From an uncultured Ignavibacteriales bacterium (GTDB lineage Bacteria; Zixibacteria; MSB-5A5; GN15; FEB-12), in the NCBI GenBank assembly GCA_964571235.1, contig CAZNAI010000002.1, forward strand, positions 2,837 through 66,836: a stretch of DNA of 64,000 nt. The letters are read 5' to 3'. The notes below the pieces were generated by a model, which saw nothing but the letters and a program-made list of their open reading frames with translations, was not told the origin of the DNA and did no database searches. This document shows, one piece after another, positions 1-8,758 of this stretch. The number at the start of each line of letters is the position of its first letter. The stretch's first letter is position 1. The translations under genes were made by a program, and so were the position numbers.

Positions 1-149
1 TTCCCGGAGCGATCGGTGGCACGCTGTATGTTGAATTACCGAGCTACTGGGGTGGCGCAATATCTGCCCGCCAGAAGTTCACGTTCAAGGACAGCACGAA
101 GTACCAGGATGGCTGGATTATCAATTTAAACATCACGAAGCGGTTCTAA
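1..149 (+). CDS. 3' end of an outer-membrane beta-barrel protein (partial, continues left of window)
   Basis: Frame stays open from the window edge to TAA at 147-149. The C-terminus is ...QDGWIINLNITKRF, and a terminal Phe is typical of the OMP beta-signal. A hairpin terminator follows. Confidence 0.45.
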   Translation, partial: PGAIGGTLYVELPSYWGGAISARQKFTFKDSTKYQDGWIINLNITKRF

Positions 150-174
150 AGAATCGCTTTTGTGTTGCTCCCCG

Positions 175-206
175 GCCCACCGGCACCCCCGCCGGTGGGC
201 TTTTTG
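175..206 (+). terminator. Rho-independent terminator
   Basis: Stem gcccaccggc (175-184) pairs with gccggtgggc (191-200) around a 6-nt loop, followed by TTTTT (201-205). Confidence 0.6.
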
Positions 207-351
207 TTGGGCCGGTGGCAAGATGTTTCACGTTAAACCTTTGGGGTTCGGTGGGGTTATCAATACTGAAAATCCGTGTGTCCGCAGTTCAATTCTGCGG
301 GGCGCCATTTTTCTTTGCCCGAAATGAGACGCCGGGGCTTTTTTATTCAAC

Positions 352-1167
352 TTAAAGCCGAACAGAGAATTTGATCGCCGGATGGCCCTCGATGGTGGAA
401 GGAAGAATCGACACCGGAGAGGTTCGTCGATCCGAGCGGCGGGCCAGTTTCAACGAAATATATGTGCCAAGCAGTCCGCCCGCGATAACATCGCTCAGAT
501 AGTGCTTGCCCTCCTGCAGTCTCGATAGCCCGACATATCCGGCAATGGCAAAGGCGCCGATGCCCCAAGTTTTGCCAAAGTGCGTGTACACGGCGCCGGC
601 GGTTGCAAAAGCGGATGATGTGTGACCCGACGGATACGAATAGGGGGTTCCGTCCGGTCGTGTTCGATTGATTCCCCGCTTGAAAACGGTTATGAGAAAG
701 CCATTGGCCGCCTGTACTCGGAATAAATCAGTCCCGAAATTCGCCAATGAGGGCGCTCCAAAGGTCTTGCCCGCCGACCACAACGTTGCCGCAACCCCGA
801 CTGGAAAAGCGCCGTCGCCGACGATCTCTCCCACTTCAAAGAGATTGTCGGCAAAAGTCGAACTACCCCATATCTCGGTGAAGAGGGGGGGCTCCCGCTC
901 GATTGCTCTCGGGAAAAGGCCGGGGATGATCGACAGTCCACCCACCACGGCATGGAAATCGGGCTGACCTGATAGATAACTCAAGTCGTTTATCATCTGC
1001 ACGAAGAAAAAGCGGCGTTTTGGAGACTCGGTTGTCGGCGCTGTGTAGAAAGCACTCGTGGCTTTCCGCAGGTCGCCCGGTGACGCGGTGCGCACAGGGG
1101 CACAATTGCCGGCTTTCCACAACGAGAGGCATAGAACAAGCCCTGCTACGGTTGTAGGAAGGTTCAC
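352..1167 (-). CDS. PAP2-superfamily phosphatase (membrane or periplasmic)
   Basis: The three PAP2 motifs are present: [13 protein letters not shown] and [13 protein letters not shown]. It has an N-terminal signal or TM segment. Its GTG start overlaps the msrB stop as GTGA. Confidence 0.85.
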   Translation of the reverse strand: MNLPTTVAGLVLCLSLWKAGNCAPVRTASPGDLRKATSAFYTAPTTESPKRRFFFVQMINDLSYLSGQPDFHAVVGGLSIIPGLFPRAIEREPPLFTEIWGSSTFADNLFEVGEIVGDGAFPVGVAATLWSAGKTFGAPSLANFGTDLFRVQAANGFLITVFKRGINRTRPDGTPYSYPSGHTSSAFATAGAVYTHFGKTWGIGAFAIAGYVGLSRLQEGKHYLSDVIAGGLLGTYISLKLARRSDRRTSPVSILPSTIEGHPAIKFSVRL

Positions 1168-1757
1168 TCAGTTTTGTCGCTTGATGGTGTGGGTGATATT
1201 GAATCGGATTTCTTGAAATCCAACGAGGCAGAATTGACACAGTATCGCAGGCCGGTTGGATTGGGGCCGTCCTCAAATACATGGCCCAAGTGCGCACCGC
1301 ATTTAGTGCAGGAGATTTCCACCCGCCGCATGCCCAGCGTGTTGTCAGAATGCTCAGCAACCGCTGAGGATTCGACCGGTTGATAAAAACTTGGCCAGCC
1401 ACTACCTGACTCGAATTTCGTACTTGATTCAAACAACTCCGCCCCACAGCAGATACAGTAGTATTTCCCGTTTTCGTGGTTGTTCCAGTACTTGCCGGTG
1501 AAGGCGCGTTCGGTACCCTTCTGACGGGTAATGCTATATTGCTCCGGAGTGAGCCGGGCTTTCCATTCCTCTTCGGTTTTAGACACGAATGTCATCCTTT
1601 CGGTTGAACCCGATTGCACCGCAACCTTGTCGGTTTGAGGGGTAGTCGGTCGCGAATTAACCTCCATGGCAAAGTAGACGATGCCAGCGGCAATACACAC
1701 TGTTGCAAGCACAATTGTAATAGTCATTTGGATGTACCTTGTTCTCCCCGTCCGCAC
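1164..1757 (-). CDS. msrB: peptide-methionine (R)-S-oxide reductase MsrB; the long form carries an N-terminal TM helix
   Basis: Matches include [19 protein letters not shown], two CxxC pairs (CICC, CTKC) and GHVFEDGP...RYCVNS. Start is uncertain: 1757, 1727 ([22 protein letters not shown] helix) or 1595 ([12 protein letters not shown], the usual cytosolic N-terminus). Confidence 0.9.
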   Translation of the reverse strand: MRTGRTRYIQMTITIVLATVCIAAGIVYFAMEVNSRPTTPQTDKVAVQSGSTERMTFVSKTEEEWKARLTPEQYSITRQKGTERAFTGKYWNNHENGKYYCICCGAELFESSTKFESGSGWPSFYQPVESSAVAEHSDNTLGMRRVEISCTKCGAHLGHVFEDGPNPTGLRYCVNSASLDFKKSDSISPTPSSDKTE

Positions 1758-1808
1758 ATTTAACGATTGGTGAGGACGAAAAGTTCCGAATGGTGATAGG
1801 CAGATCTA

Positions 1809-2291
1809 TCAGCCGGAGTGGGTGCCGCAACCAGCACAACGCCCGCAGGCACGAATCTCGTCGGTCACGGCGTCGACTTTAAGCAAAGCCCTCATGGAAA
1901 CTCCATCGGGGCCGTGGTCGATGGTCTCAATAGAAATGGCATCATCGGGGCGTGATGATTCAAGCCCGGTCAAGGCGCGCAGACCTTTCTGGATCGCGAG
2001 CAAATGTTTAAGTCGAACGAATTCAACCACGGGGTCGTTGGCTGGGAAACGCTCAGAGAAAGCGTCGATGGTGGTGGACAGAATCTGGTTTGCCTGAAGC
2101 CCCCCGCACCATTTCAGTAACAGCGACTCTTTGCCGAGCGACCCGCCGCAGGTCAGCTTTGTAAGAGAATATCCGGAAAGCCGATCCTGGGAATCAAGAT
2201 CGAGGCGCAACAACTCGGTGACATCGCTACACGGCATACATGAGCATACCGGATATAGACCTAAACTGTCAAGTATTCTGTCGGCTGTCAA
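1809..2291 (-). CDS. Cys-rich hypothetical protein, weakly IscU/SufU-like, with a C-terminal CGRCAGCG tail
   Basis: 160-aa ORF in the same orientation as msrB. TCGGSLG and WCGGLQANQ loosely resemble the scaffold motifs CGD and GC..S. No confident family call. Confidence 0.45.
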   Translation of the reverse strand: MTADRILDSLGLYPVCSCMPCSDVTELLRLDLDSQDRLSGYSLTKLTCGGSLGKESLLLKWCGGLQANQILSTTIDAFSERFPANDPVVEFVRLKHLLAIQKGLRALTGLESSRPDDAISIETIDHGPDGVSMRALLKVDAVTDEIRACGRCAGCGTHSG

Positions 2292-2373
2292 AAACGTTGC
2301 GCGTTGATAGTGGGGGGGTATATTGATCCGCTTACGGCGCTAAGCGGCCACAAAACAGACGAAAGGACCACCG

Positions 2374-3582
2374 GTGTCACAGAAAATACCCGTCAACGCC
2401 TTCCCGGATGGCTGGCAGATCAATCCTGATGTCCGCCATATCCAACCGTCGGTGATCCGCGAAATCCTGAAAGTGGCCTCGCAACCGGGAGTCATTTCCT
2501 TTGCCGGGGGATTGCCGGCGCCGGAGCTTTTTCCCAAGGCTGAATTGCAGGCAATTTCATCTCAGGTTATCGACAAGTATGTGCCAGACTGTCTTCAATA
2601 CTCTTTATCGCAAGGAATCGTTCCGCTGAGGACACTCCTGGCCGAACGAGCTACCAAACGCGGTACTCCGACTTTACCGGCCAACGTCATTATCACTACG
2701 GGTGCACAACAAGGGCTTGAACTGGTTGGCAGAGCGTTTTTACAGCCGGGGGACTATGTCTTGACAGAGAACCCAACGTATGTCGGGGCGTTGCAGGCCT
2801 TCAATTTCTACGGGGCCAAATACGCCACGGTCGACATGGACGAACAGGGGATGTTGGTGGATCAGCTTGAGAATGCAATCAAAGCCCATCGCCCTAAGTT
2901 CATCTATGTCGTTCCGACCTTTCAGAATCCGACCGGGATCACAATGACCATTGAGAGGCGGCGAGCGTTGTGCCGGATTGCCGCCCAACATGAGATTCCT
3001 CTGATCGACGACTCGCCGTATGGTGATATCCGCTTTGCAGGTGTAGATATTCCGAGCTTGAAATCTTTTGGGGGCGACTCGGTGATTGCATTACGGACTT
3101 TCTCTAAGACAATGACACCGGGGCTTCGCGTCGGCTGGATCAACGCCTCGGCCGCGTTCGTAGTCTTATTGGAGAGAGTCAAGCAGTTCACCGACCTGCA
3201 CTCGAGCTCGTTTACCCAGTATTTGGTTTATGAGTATATGCGTCAGGGACTGCTCGAGCCCCATATCGCGCAGATAAAAGCTGACTATTTGAACAAGCGC
3301 AATGTCATGATGAAAACGTTGGCCGAATCGTTTCCCCGCGAAATCACCTGGACCAATCCTGAGGGAGGGTTGTTTCTCTGGCTGAAGTTGCCCGCTCACA
3401 TGAATGCCGAAGAGCTGTTTCACAAAGCGCTCGCGCTCAAAGTGGCGTATGTGCCGGGAGCGTCTTTCCATCCGAACGGCGGCGGTACTAATACCCTCAG
3501 ACTGAATTTCTCGAACGCGACTCCGGAGTTGATTGTCGAGGGAATACACCGACTGGCACGTCTGTTCAAAGAGAACTTGTGA
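2374..3582 (+). CDS. PLP-dependent aminotransferase, class I/II (2-aminoadipate/aromatic aminotransferase-like)
   Basis: SFAGGLPAPELFP N-terminal motif, NPTY, FQNPTG and FSKTMTPGLRVGW (PLP lysine). GTG start preceded by aaagga. Confidence 0.85.
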   Translation: MSQKIPVNAFPDGWQINPDVRHIQPSVIREILKVASQPGVISFAGGLPAPELFPKAELQAISSQVIDKYVPDCLQYSLSQGIVPLRTLLAERATKRGTPTLPANVIITTGAQQGLELVGRAFLQPGDYVLTENPTYVGALQAFNFYGAKYATVDMDEQGMLVDQLENAIKAHRPKFIYVVPTFQNPTGITMTIERRRALCRIAAQHEIPLIDDSPYGDIRFAGVDIPSLKSFGGDSVIALRTFSKTMTPGLRVGWINASAAFVVLLERVKQFTDLHSSSFTQYLVYEYMRQGLLEPHIAQIKADYLNKRNVMMKTLAESFPREITWTNPEGGLFLWLKLPAHMNAEELFHKALALKVAYVPGASFHPNGGGTNTLRLNFSNATPELIVEGIHRLARLFKENL

Positions 3583-4433
3583 GACGTTCTTCGCCCGTGG
3601 AAATACCCTTTTCAAAATACCACGCTCTCGGCAACGATTTTCTGGTTATTCAGATGGCCAAGAGTCCCGGTCGAAAGCGCTGGCAGGTTGCCTGCGGGAT
3701 GTGCGATCGTCACACGGGAGTGGGGGCCGACGGAATCGTCTGTCTTTCTCCAAGCAAGTCAGCCGATCACCGGATAGATATTTACAACGCCGATGGCGGC
3801 TGGGCCGAAATGTCCGGTAATGGCCTTCGTATCGCGGCGGTGTGGGCGTCGCTGGCCGACAAGCGACAATCGGCCATTCGATTTGAGACTCCGGCCGGGA
3901 TCGTTACCGCGAATCTACTGACACCGCCATCGGACGTGACGACGGTGTCGGCGGTGATCGGACAGCCCAATTTCGAAGTCAAATCACTGCCGATGAAATT
4001 CTCCAGCCGGCAGTGTATCAACGGCAAAGTAAAAATAGGCAAGGTTGGAATTGTCCTGATTTGCCTTTCGGTAGGCAATCCCCACGCCGTGGTGCCCGTG
4101 GATGATTTTGATTTTGACTGGCAGAAACTGGGGAGCGATATAGAATCGTCGCCATTGTTTCCTCGCGGAACAAATGTCGAATTTGTCAGAGTTGTCTCGC
4201 CAAAGAAAATCGAAGTGATGGAGTGGGAACGGGGAGTGGGGCCGACCGGCTCGAGCGGCACCGGAGCGGCGGCGGCTGTCGCGGCAATGGTTGTTGCAGG
4301 ACAAGTTACGAGATCGTGCTCTGTCAAGTTTCCGGCAGGGACATTGCAGGTTGTGTGGCAGAAAGAGGATAACGCAATTCGACTTTCCGGGCCGGTCACC
4401 TACGTTATGCGAGGCCTATTCCACGCGCGGTAA
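3579..4433 (+). CDS. diaminopimelate epimerase family (DapF-like) protein, both catalytic Cys positions are Ser
   Basis: FSKYHALGNDFLV, NADGGWAEMSGNG, SVGNPHAVV and WERGVGPTGSSGTGA align to E. coli DapF motifs. An alternative GTG start lies at 3597. Confidence 0.8.
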   Translation: MRRSSPVEIPFSKYHALGNDFLVIQMAKSPGRKRWQVACGMCDRHTGVGADGIVCLSPSKSADHRIDIYNADGGWAEMSGNGLRIAAVWASLADKRQSAIRFETPAGIVTANLLTPPSDVTTVSAVIGQPNFEVKSLPMKFSSRQCINGKVKIGKVGIVLICLSVGNPHAVVPVDDFDFDWQKLGSDIESSPLFPRGTNVEFVRVVSPKKIEVMEWERGVGPTGSSGTGAAAAVAAMVVAGQVTRSCSVKFPAGTLQVVWQKEDNAIRLSGPVTYVMRGLFHAR

Positions 4434-4454
4434 GTCGCATACTTACTCATCATC

Positions 4455-5768
4455 ATGTCTCAAAGCGTACTTGAACCTCCAAAGTCGTCTATCAAGCGTA
4501 ACCGCATTTCAGCCGGCGTTTCTGACTATCTGGCTCATATCCGGATGTTTTCCCCGAATATCCGGTGGTATCTGCTCGGCTCGTTTCTGATGGGAGTCAA
4601 CTTTGAGATCTTCCAGCTCCTTTTGAATCTCTATTTCAAGGAACTTCGCTTCGGCGAGGGAGAGATTGGGTGGATCAATTCAACCAGAGCACTCGGAATG
4701 ACTCTGATGGCGATTCCGGCGTCGATGCTGTTCAAGCGTTTTCATGTCCGGCCGCTGTTAATGGCGGGAGTGTCCGGATTTGCCGTTTTCAGCATCTTGA
4801 TTGTCTCTACGAGTCACGTCTGGATCTTGTTGGGGCTTTCCCTGATGACAGGAATCTTCTGGTCGCTCTTTCGCGTATTCAGCGGGCCATTTTTCATGCG
4901 CAACTCCACTCCGGTAGAGCGATCGCATCTGTTTTCTTCGTCATTTGCGGTGCTGATCCTTGCCGGGATGGTTGGATCGGCCGGAGCGGGGAAACTCGTC
5001 ACTATAGTTGGGGAACTGTCCGGCGATGTCATCTTTGGCTACAAATTTGGATTGATCACAGGCGTGATCATCGGGACGCTAGCCCTATTCCCATTTGCGA
5101 TGGTAACGGCGAGGGATCCTCTGGCGGCCGAGGAACGAATTTCGCTGAACTTCGGACTGCTCAAATCGCGCGGCGGCTTCTACATCCGCCTGATCTTTGT
5201 CAATTTTCTCATCGGAATTGGCGCCGGGTTGATTATTCCGTTTCTGAATCTCTATTTCAAGGAGCGATTCAAATTGCAGGCGGATATGATCGGGCTGTTT
5301 TTCCTTGCCGTTTCAGCCTCGATGTTTGTCGGGACGCTGGCCGGCCCCCTGTTGGCTCGCAAGTTTGGGCTGGTCAGGTCGGTCGTGATCACTCAGTTGG
5401 CGTCGCTCCCGTTTATGTTCACGCTGGCGTATACATATTCGCTACCTCTGGCGTTTGGGGCATTTGTCCTGCGCGGGGGACTTATGAACCTCAACGCCCC
5501 GATCAGCAGTCATCTGGCGATGGAGTTGTCGACCGAGAAAGAGCGTCCGCTGGTTAACGCCCTTTTAATGATCTCATGGACCGGTTCATGGATGATCGCG
5601 GTCGCAATCGGCGGGGAATTGGTCGAGCGGCACGGATTTACACTGGTTCTCAATATTGCCTGCGGATTGTATCTAATCTCCTCGATCCTGTACTTCTATT
5701 TCTTCAGAAATATTGAAAAGCGGCGCGATGATGATTCGGGATGGTACATACCTGATCGGATCGCGTGA
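4455..5768 (+). CDS. MFS transporter
   Basis: 437 aa with about 12 hydrophobic segments in two halves, separated by a charged central loop (ARDPLAAEERISL). Confidence 0.75.
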   Translation: MSQSVLEPPKSSIKRNRISAGVSDYLAHIRMFSPNIRWYLLGSFLMGVNFEIFQLLLNLYFKELRFGEGEIGWINSTRALGMTLMAIPASMLFKRFHVRPLLMAGVSGFAVFSILIVSTSHVWILLGLSLMTGIFWSLFRVFSGPFFMRNSTPVERSHLFSSSFAVLILAGMVGSAGAGKLVTIVGELSGDVIFGYKFGLITGVIIGTLALFPFAMVTARDPLAAEERISLNFGLLKSRGGFYIRLIFVNFLIGIGAGLIIPFLNLYFKERFKLQADMIGLFFLAVSASMFVGTLAGPLLARKFGLVRSVVITQLASLPFMFTLAYTYSLPLAFGAFVLRGGLMNLNAPISSHLAMELSTEKERPLVNALLMISWTGSWMIAVAIGGELVERHGFTLVLNIACGLYLISSILYFYFFRNIEKRRDDDSGWYIPDRIA

Positions 5769-5857
5769 TCTGGACCGCTGTTTCATTACTTGAGAATGCG
5801 GTTGCCAGCGGGCGAGATTCATTAGATATTAGCCCCGAAAGATGAGCGATACCCCCA

Positions 5858-7672
5858 ATGACCACGACTGATACATACAAGGCCCAATTCGCCGAAAGCA
5901 CAGCCTCTGCGTTTCGGACTTTGTACCCTGATGTTTTCTCGGCCAGTGGGGAGCGGGAGATCTTCAACGCCGACTTCGTTTGCCAGGCTCTGGAAACACC
6001 GAAAGACCCGACCAAGGGAAGATTTGCCTTGCCGGTATTCAAGTACAGCAAACTCTTGGGCGACCCGCCTCCGGCAATAGTGACAAAGGTCTCGGCTGAG
6101 ATCAACCGTCAATTGACCTTCCGCAAGCCGGCCTCACCCGTACGGTGTACCGGGGTTGGAGCATTTCTAAATGCGACAATCGAAGGCACATCTCTTATTC
6201 GCGACGTCCTCGTTCCCGTACTTGAAAAGGGAACTGAATATGGCACTTTATCTTTGGGAAATGGACAAGTTGTCCTCATAGAATACTCTTCGCCAAATAT
6301 CGCGAAGCCCTTTGGGGTTGGCCACCTCCGGTCGACTGTGATCGGAAATTCCCTCCGGCGCATTTTCACAAAGCTCGGTTATGACGTGACCGGTATCAAT
6401 TATCCCGGGGACTGGGGTACGCAGTTTGGCAAGATGATTGTGGCGTATCGCAAGTGGGGAAGTCCAGCGACGATGACGGGAAACGTCGTCGGCAATCTGG
6501 TCGAATTGTACGTGAGATTTCATACCGAAGTGGAAAGCGATCCGTCGCTTGATGAAGACGCCCGCGCGGCCTTTAAGGCGCTTGAGACTGGTGAACAGGA
6601 GGCAGTCAGACTCTGGGAACAGTTCAAGAAGGTATCACACGAAGAATTCGATCGGATTTATGCAATCCTGGGAGTCGAATTTGATCTTGTATACGGCGAG
6701 TCATTTCTCAATGACAAGATGGAGGCGGTCATCGCGCGCCTTGAAAAAGACGGCCTGACTTCGGTCTCGCGAGGTGCTCTGATTGTCGAATTGAACGAAC
6801 CGAACCTTCCGCCGGCCCTTTTGAAAAAACAGGACGGCGCCACTCTATATCTTACACGCGATCTTACCGGTGCCTATTATCGTTGGGACCGGTACAAGTA
6901 CAACCGGTCGCTTTATGTGGTTGGGTCGGGTCAGGCCGATCACTTCCGACAGATGATTAAGGTGATGGCACTTATAGAAGAAAGAGAAGGAATCGCCGAC
7001 AACGACCGTATTTCCAATCGGATTACCCATGTCGAGTTTGGGTGGGTCAAATTTGGCGAAAAGACAATGTCCACCCGGCGCGGGAATATTGTTCTTTTGG
7101 AAGATGTCCTCGATCAGGCGGTCGCGATTGCAGGTGATAAGATTAGGGAAAAGAACCCTGATCTGAACAACTTGGAATCGACGGCTCGCCAAATTGGCGT
7201 TGGCGCGGTCATCTTTTCCCAACTTGCGGCAAGGCGACAGCGCGATATCAACTTCGTCTGGGAAGAGGTGCTCAATTTCGACGGAGAGACCGGGCCGTAT
7301 CTGCAATACACGAACGCCCGGCTTAGCTCGTTGATCCGCAATTACGGCAAACCGATCAGCTCAGAGTTTGATCCGTCGCTCATTGACAGGGAAGAGGAAT
7401 TGCGCGTTGTCGAACTGTTGGCCGATTTCCCTAAAATTCTCGAAGATGCCGCGGCGCAGTGCGAACCATATTATCTTACTTCGTACCTACTGGGATTGTC
7501 GGCCGCCTTTAATAAAGTATATCAGCGCAAAGATGCTGACGGTCGCTCGGATAAGATCATTTCCGATGACGCCGGGCTGTCGGCCGCCCGAATGGCCCTC
7601 GTGTCCGGTGTGCGCACGGTCATTTCGGAAGGCTTGCGACTACTCGGGCTGAGCGCTCCTGAAGAGATGTGA
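5858..7672 (+). CDS. argS: arginine--tRNA ligase
   Basis: SSPNIAKPFGVGHLRSTVIGN (HIGH-type motif), MSTRRG (KMSK-type) and a C-terminal anticodon-binding region ending ...PEEM. Confidence 0.95.
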   Translation: MTTTDTYKAQFAESTASAFRTLYPDVFSASGEREIFNADFVCQALETPKDPTKGRFALPVFKYSKLLGDPPPAIVTKVSAEINRQLTFRKPASPVRCTGVGAFLNATIEGTSLIRDVLVPVLEKGTEYGTLSLGNGQVVLIEYSSPNIAKPFGVGHLRSTVIGNSLRRIFTKLGYDVTGINYPGDWGTQFGKMIVAYRKWGSPATMTGNVVGNLVELYVRFHTEVESDPSLDEDARAAFKALETGEQEAVRLWEQFKKVSHEEFDRIYAILGVEFDLVYGESFLNDKMEAVIARLEKDGLTSVSRGALIVELNEPNLPPALLKKQDGATLYLTRDLTGAYYRWDRYKYNRSLYVVGSGQADHFRQMIKVMALIEEREGIADNDRISNRITHVEFGWVKFGEKTMSTRRGNIVLLEDVLDQAVAIAGDKIREKNPDLNNLESTARQIGVGAVIFSQLAARRQRDINFVWEEVLNFDGETGPYLQYTNARLSSLIRNYGKPISSEFDPSLIDREEELRVVELLADFPKILEDAAAQCEPYYLTSYLLGLSAAFNKVYQRKDADGRSDKIISDDAGLSAARMALVSGVRTVISEGLRLLGLSAPEEM

Positions 7673-7681
7673 TTTGTTGAT

Positions 7682-8758
7682 ATGAAGAAATCAACCGGCC
7701 TTGATAGATCGCTTTCCCCCTCGGATGACCGCGACAGCCAACTGCTGGTGGTCATGGAGCCGAATGCGACTGCCGAGATGATCGCGCACGTCGTATCGCT
7801 TATCCGTCAGATGGGACTCTCGGCTCAATCGCTGGCCGGCTCGCATCAGACCACGATCAGCATTCAGGGACGAAAGGCGCAGGTTGATACTGATCAGCTA
7901 TTGTCGCTGGCCGGTGTTCGCGACATTATTCAGATCACCCAGCCGTACAGACTCGCCAGCCGGGAGTTTCATCCTGAAAATACAATGGTACACGTGGGCG
8001 ACGTACAGTTTGGCGGGAATACGTGTGTGGTTATCGGCGGGCCCTGCTCGGTGGAGAGTCGGGAACAGACTATGGAAATCGCGGCGCAAATGGCCGACGC
8101 CGGCGTGCGGCTTTTTCGGGGAGGGGCGTTCAAACCTCGCACGTCGCCGTACAGCTTTCAGGGTCTCGGCAAGCCGGGGCTTGAGATATTGGCAGAAGTG
8201 CGCGATAGGTTTGGGCTTAAGATTGTCACTGAAGCGATTGACACAGAGACGGTCGATCTGGTGGCCCAGTATGCGGACATGATCCAAATCGGCGCTCGGA
8301 GCATGCAGAATTATTCCCTGCTCAAGAAAGTGGGCAAACTGCGAAAACCGGTCTTGCTCAAGCGCGGCATGGCGGCGACACTTGAAGAGTTTCTGATGGC
8401 CGCGGAATATATTATGGTGGAGGGAAACGATCAGGTTGTGCTGTGCGAGCGGGGCATACGCACGCTGGCCGAACAGTCTCGCACCACGTTGGACCTCTCA
8501 GCAATTCCTACAATTAAGCGGATGAGTCACCTTCCCATAATTGCGGATCCAAGTCATGGTTCCGGTCGGCGCGACAAAGTTTCTGCGATGGCCCGGGCCG
8601 CGGTGGCCGCCGGCGCGGATGGAGTTCTTATAGAGGTTCACGCCAACCCGGAAACGGCGCTGTCGGACGGACAACAGGCTATCACACCGATAGAGTTTGA
8701 GCAGTTGCTCCTTCAACTCAAGAAACTGGCGGTTGCCATAGACAGAACAATCGGATGA
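7682..8758 (+). CDS. aroF: 3-deoxy-7-phosphoheptulonate (DAHP) synthase, type I-beta, with an N-terminal regulatory domain
   Basis: GGPCSVES, IQIGARSMQN, PVLLKRG, ERGIRT and ADPSH. About 80 extra N-terminal residues, as in Thermotoga-type enzymes. Confidence 0.9.
   Translation: MKKSTGLDRSLSPSDDRDSQLLVVMEPNATAEMIAHVVSLIRQMGLSAQSLAGSHQTTISIQGRKAQVDTDQLLSLAGVRDIIQITQPYRLASREFHPENTMVHVGDVQFGGNTCVVIGGPCSVESREQTMEIAAQMADAGVRLFRGGAFKPRTSPYSFQGLGKPGLEILAEVRDRFGLKIVTEAIDTETVDLVAQYADMIQIGARSMQNYSLLKKVGKLRKPVLLKRGMAATLEEFLMAAEYIMVEGNDQVVLCERGIRTLAEQSRTTLDLSAIPTIKRMSHLPIIADPSHGSGRRDKVSAMARAAVAAGADGVLIEVHANPETALSDGQQAITPIEFEQLLLQLKKLAVAIDRTIG

Noticed and set aside
308-351. A possible terminator for the PAP2 gene or the tRNA-like fragment (gcccg...cggggc plus a T-run).
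   Set aside because: Only a 4-bp stem can be drawn, which is too weak to report as a feature.
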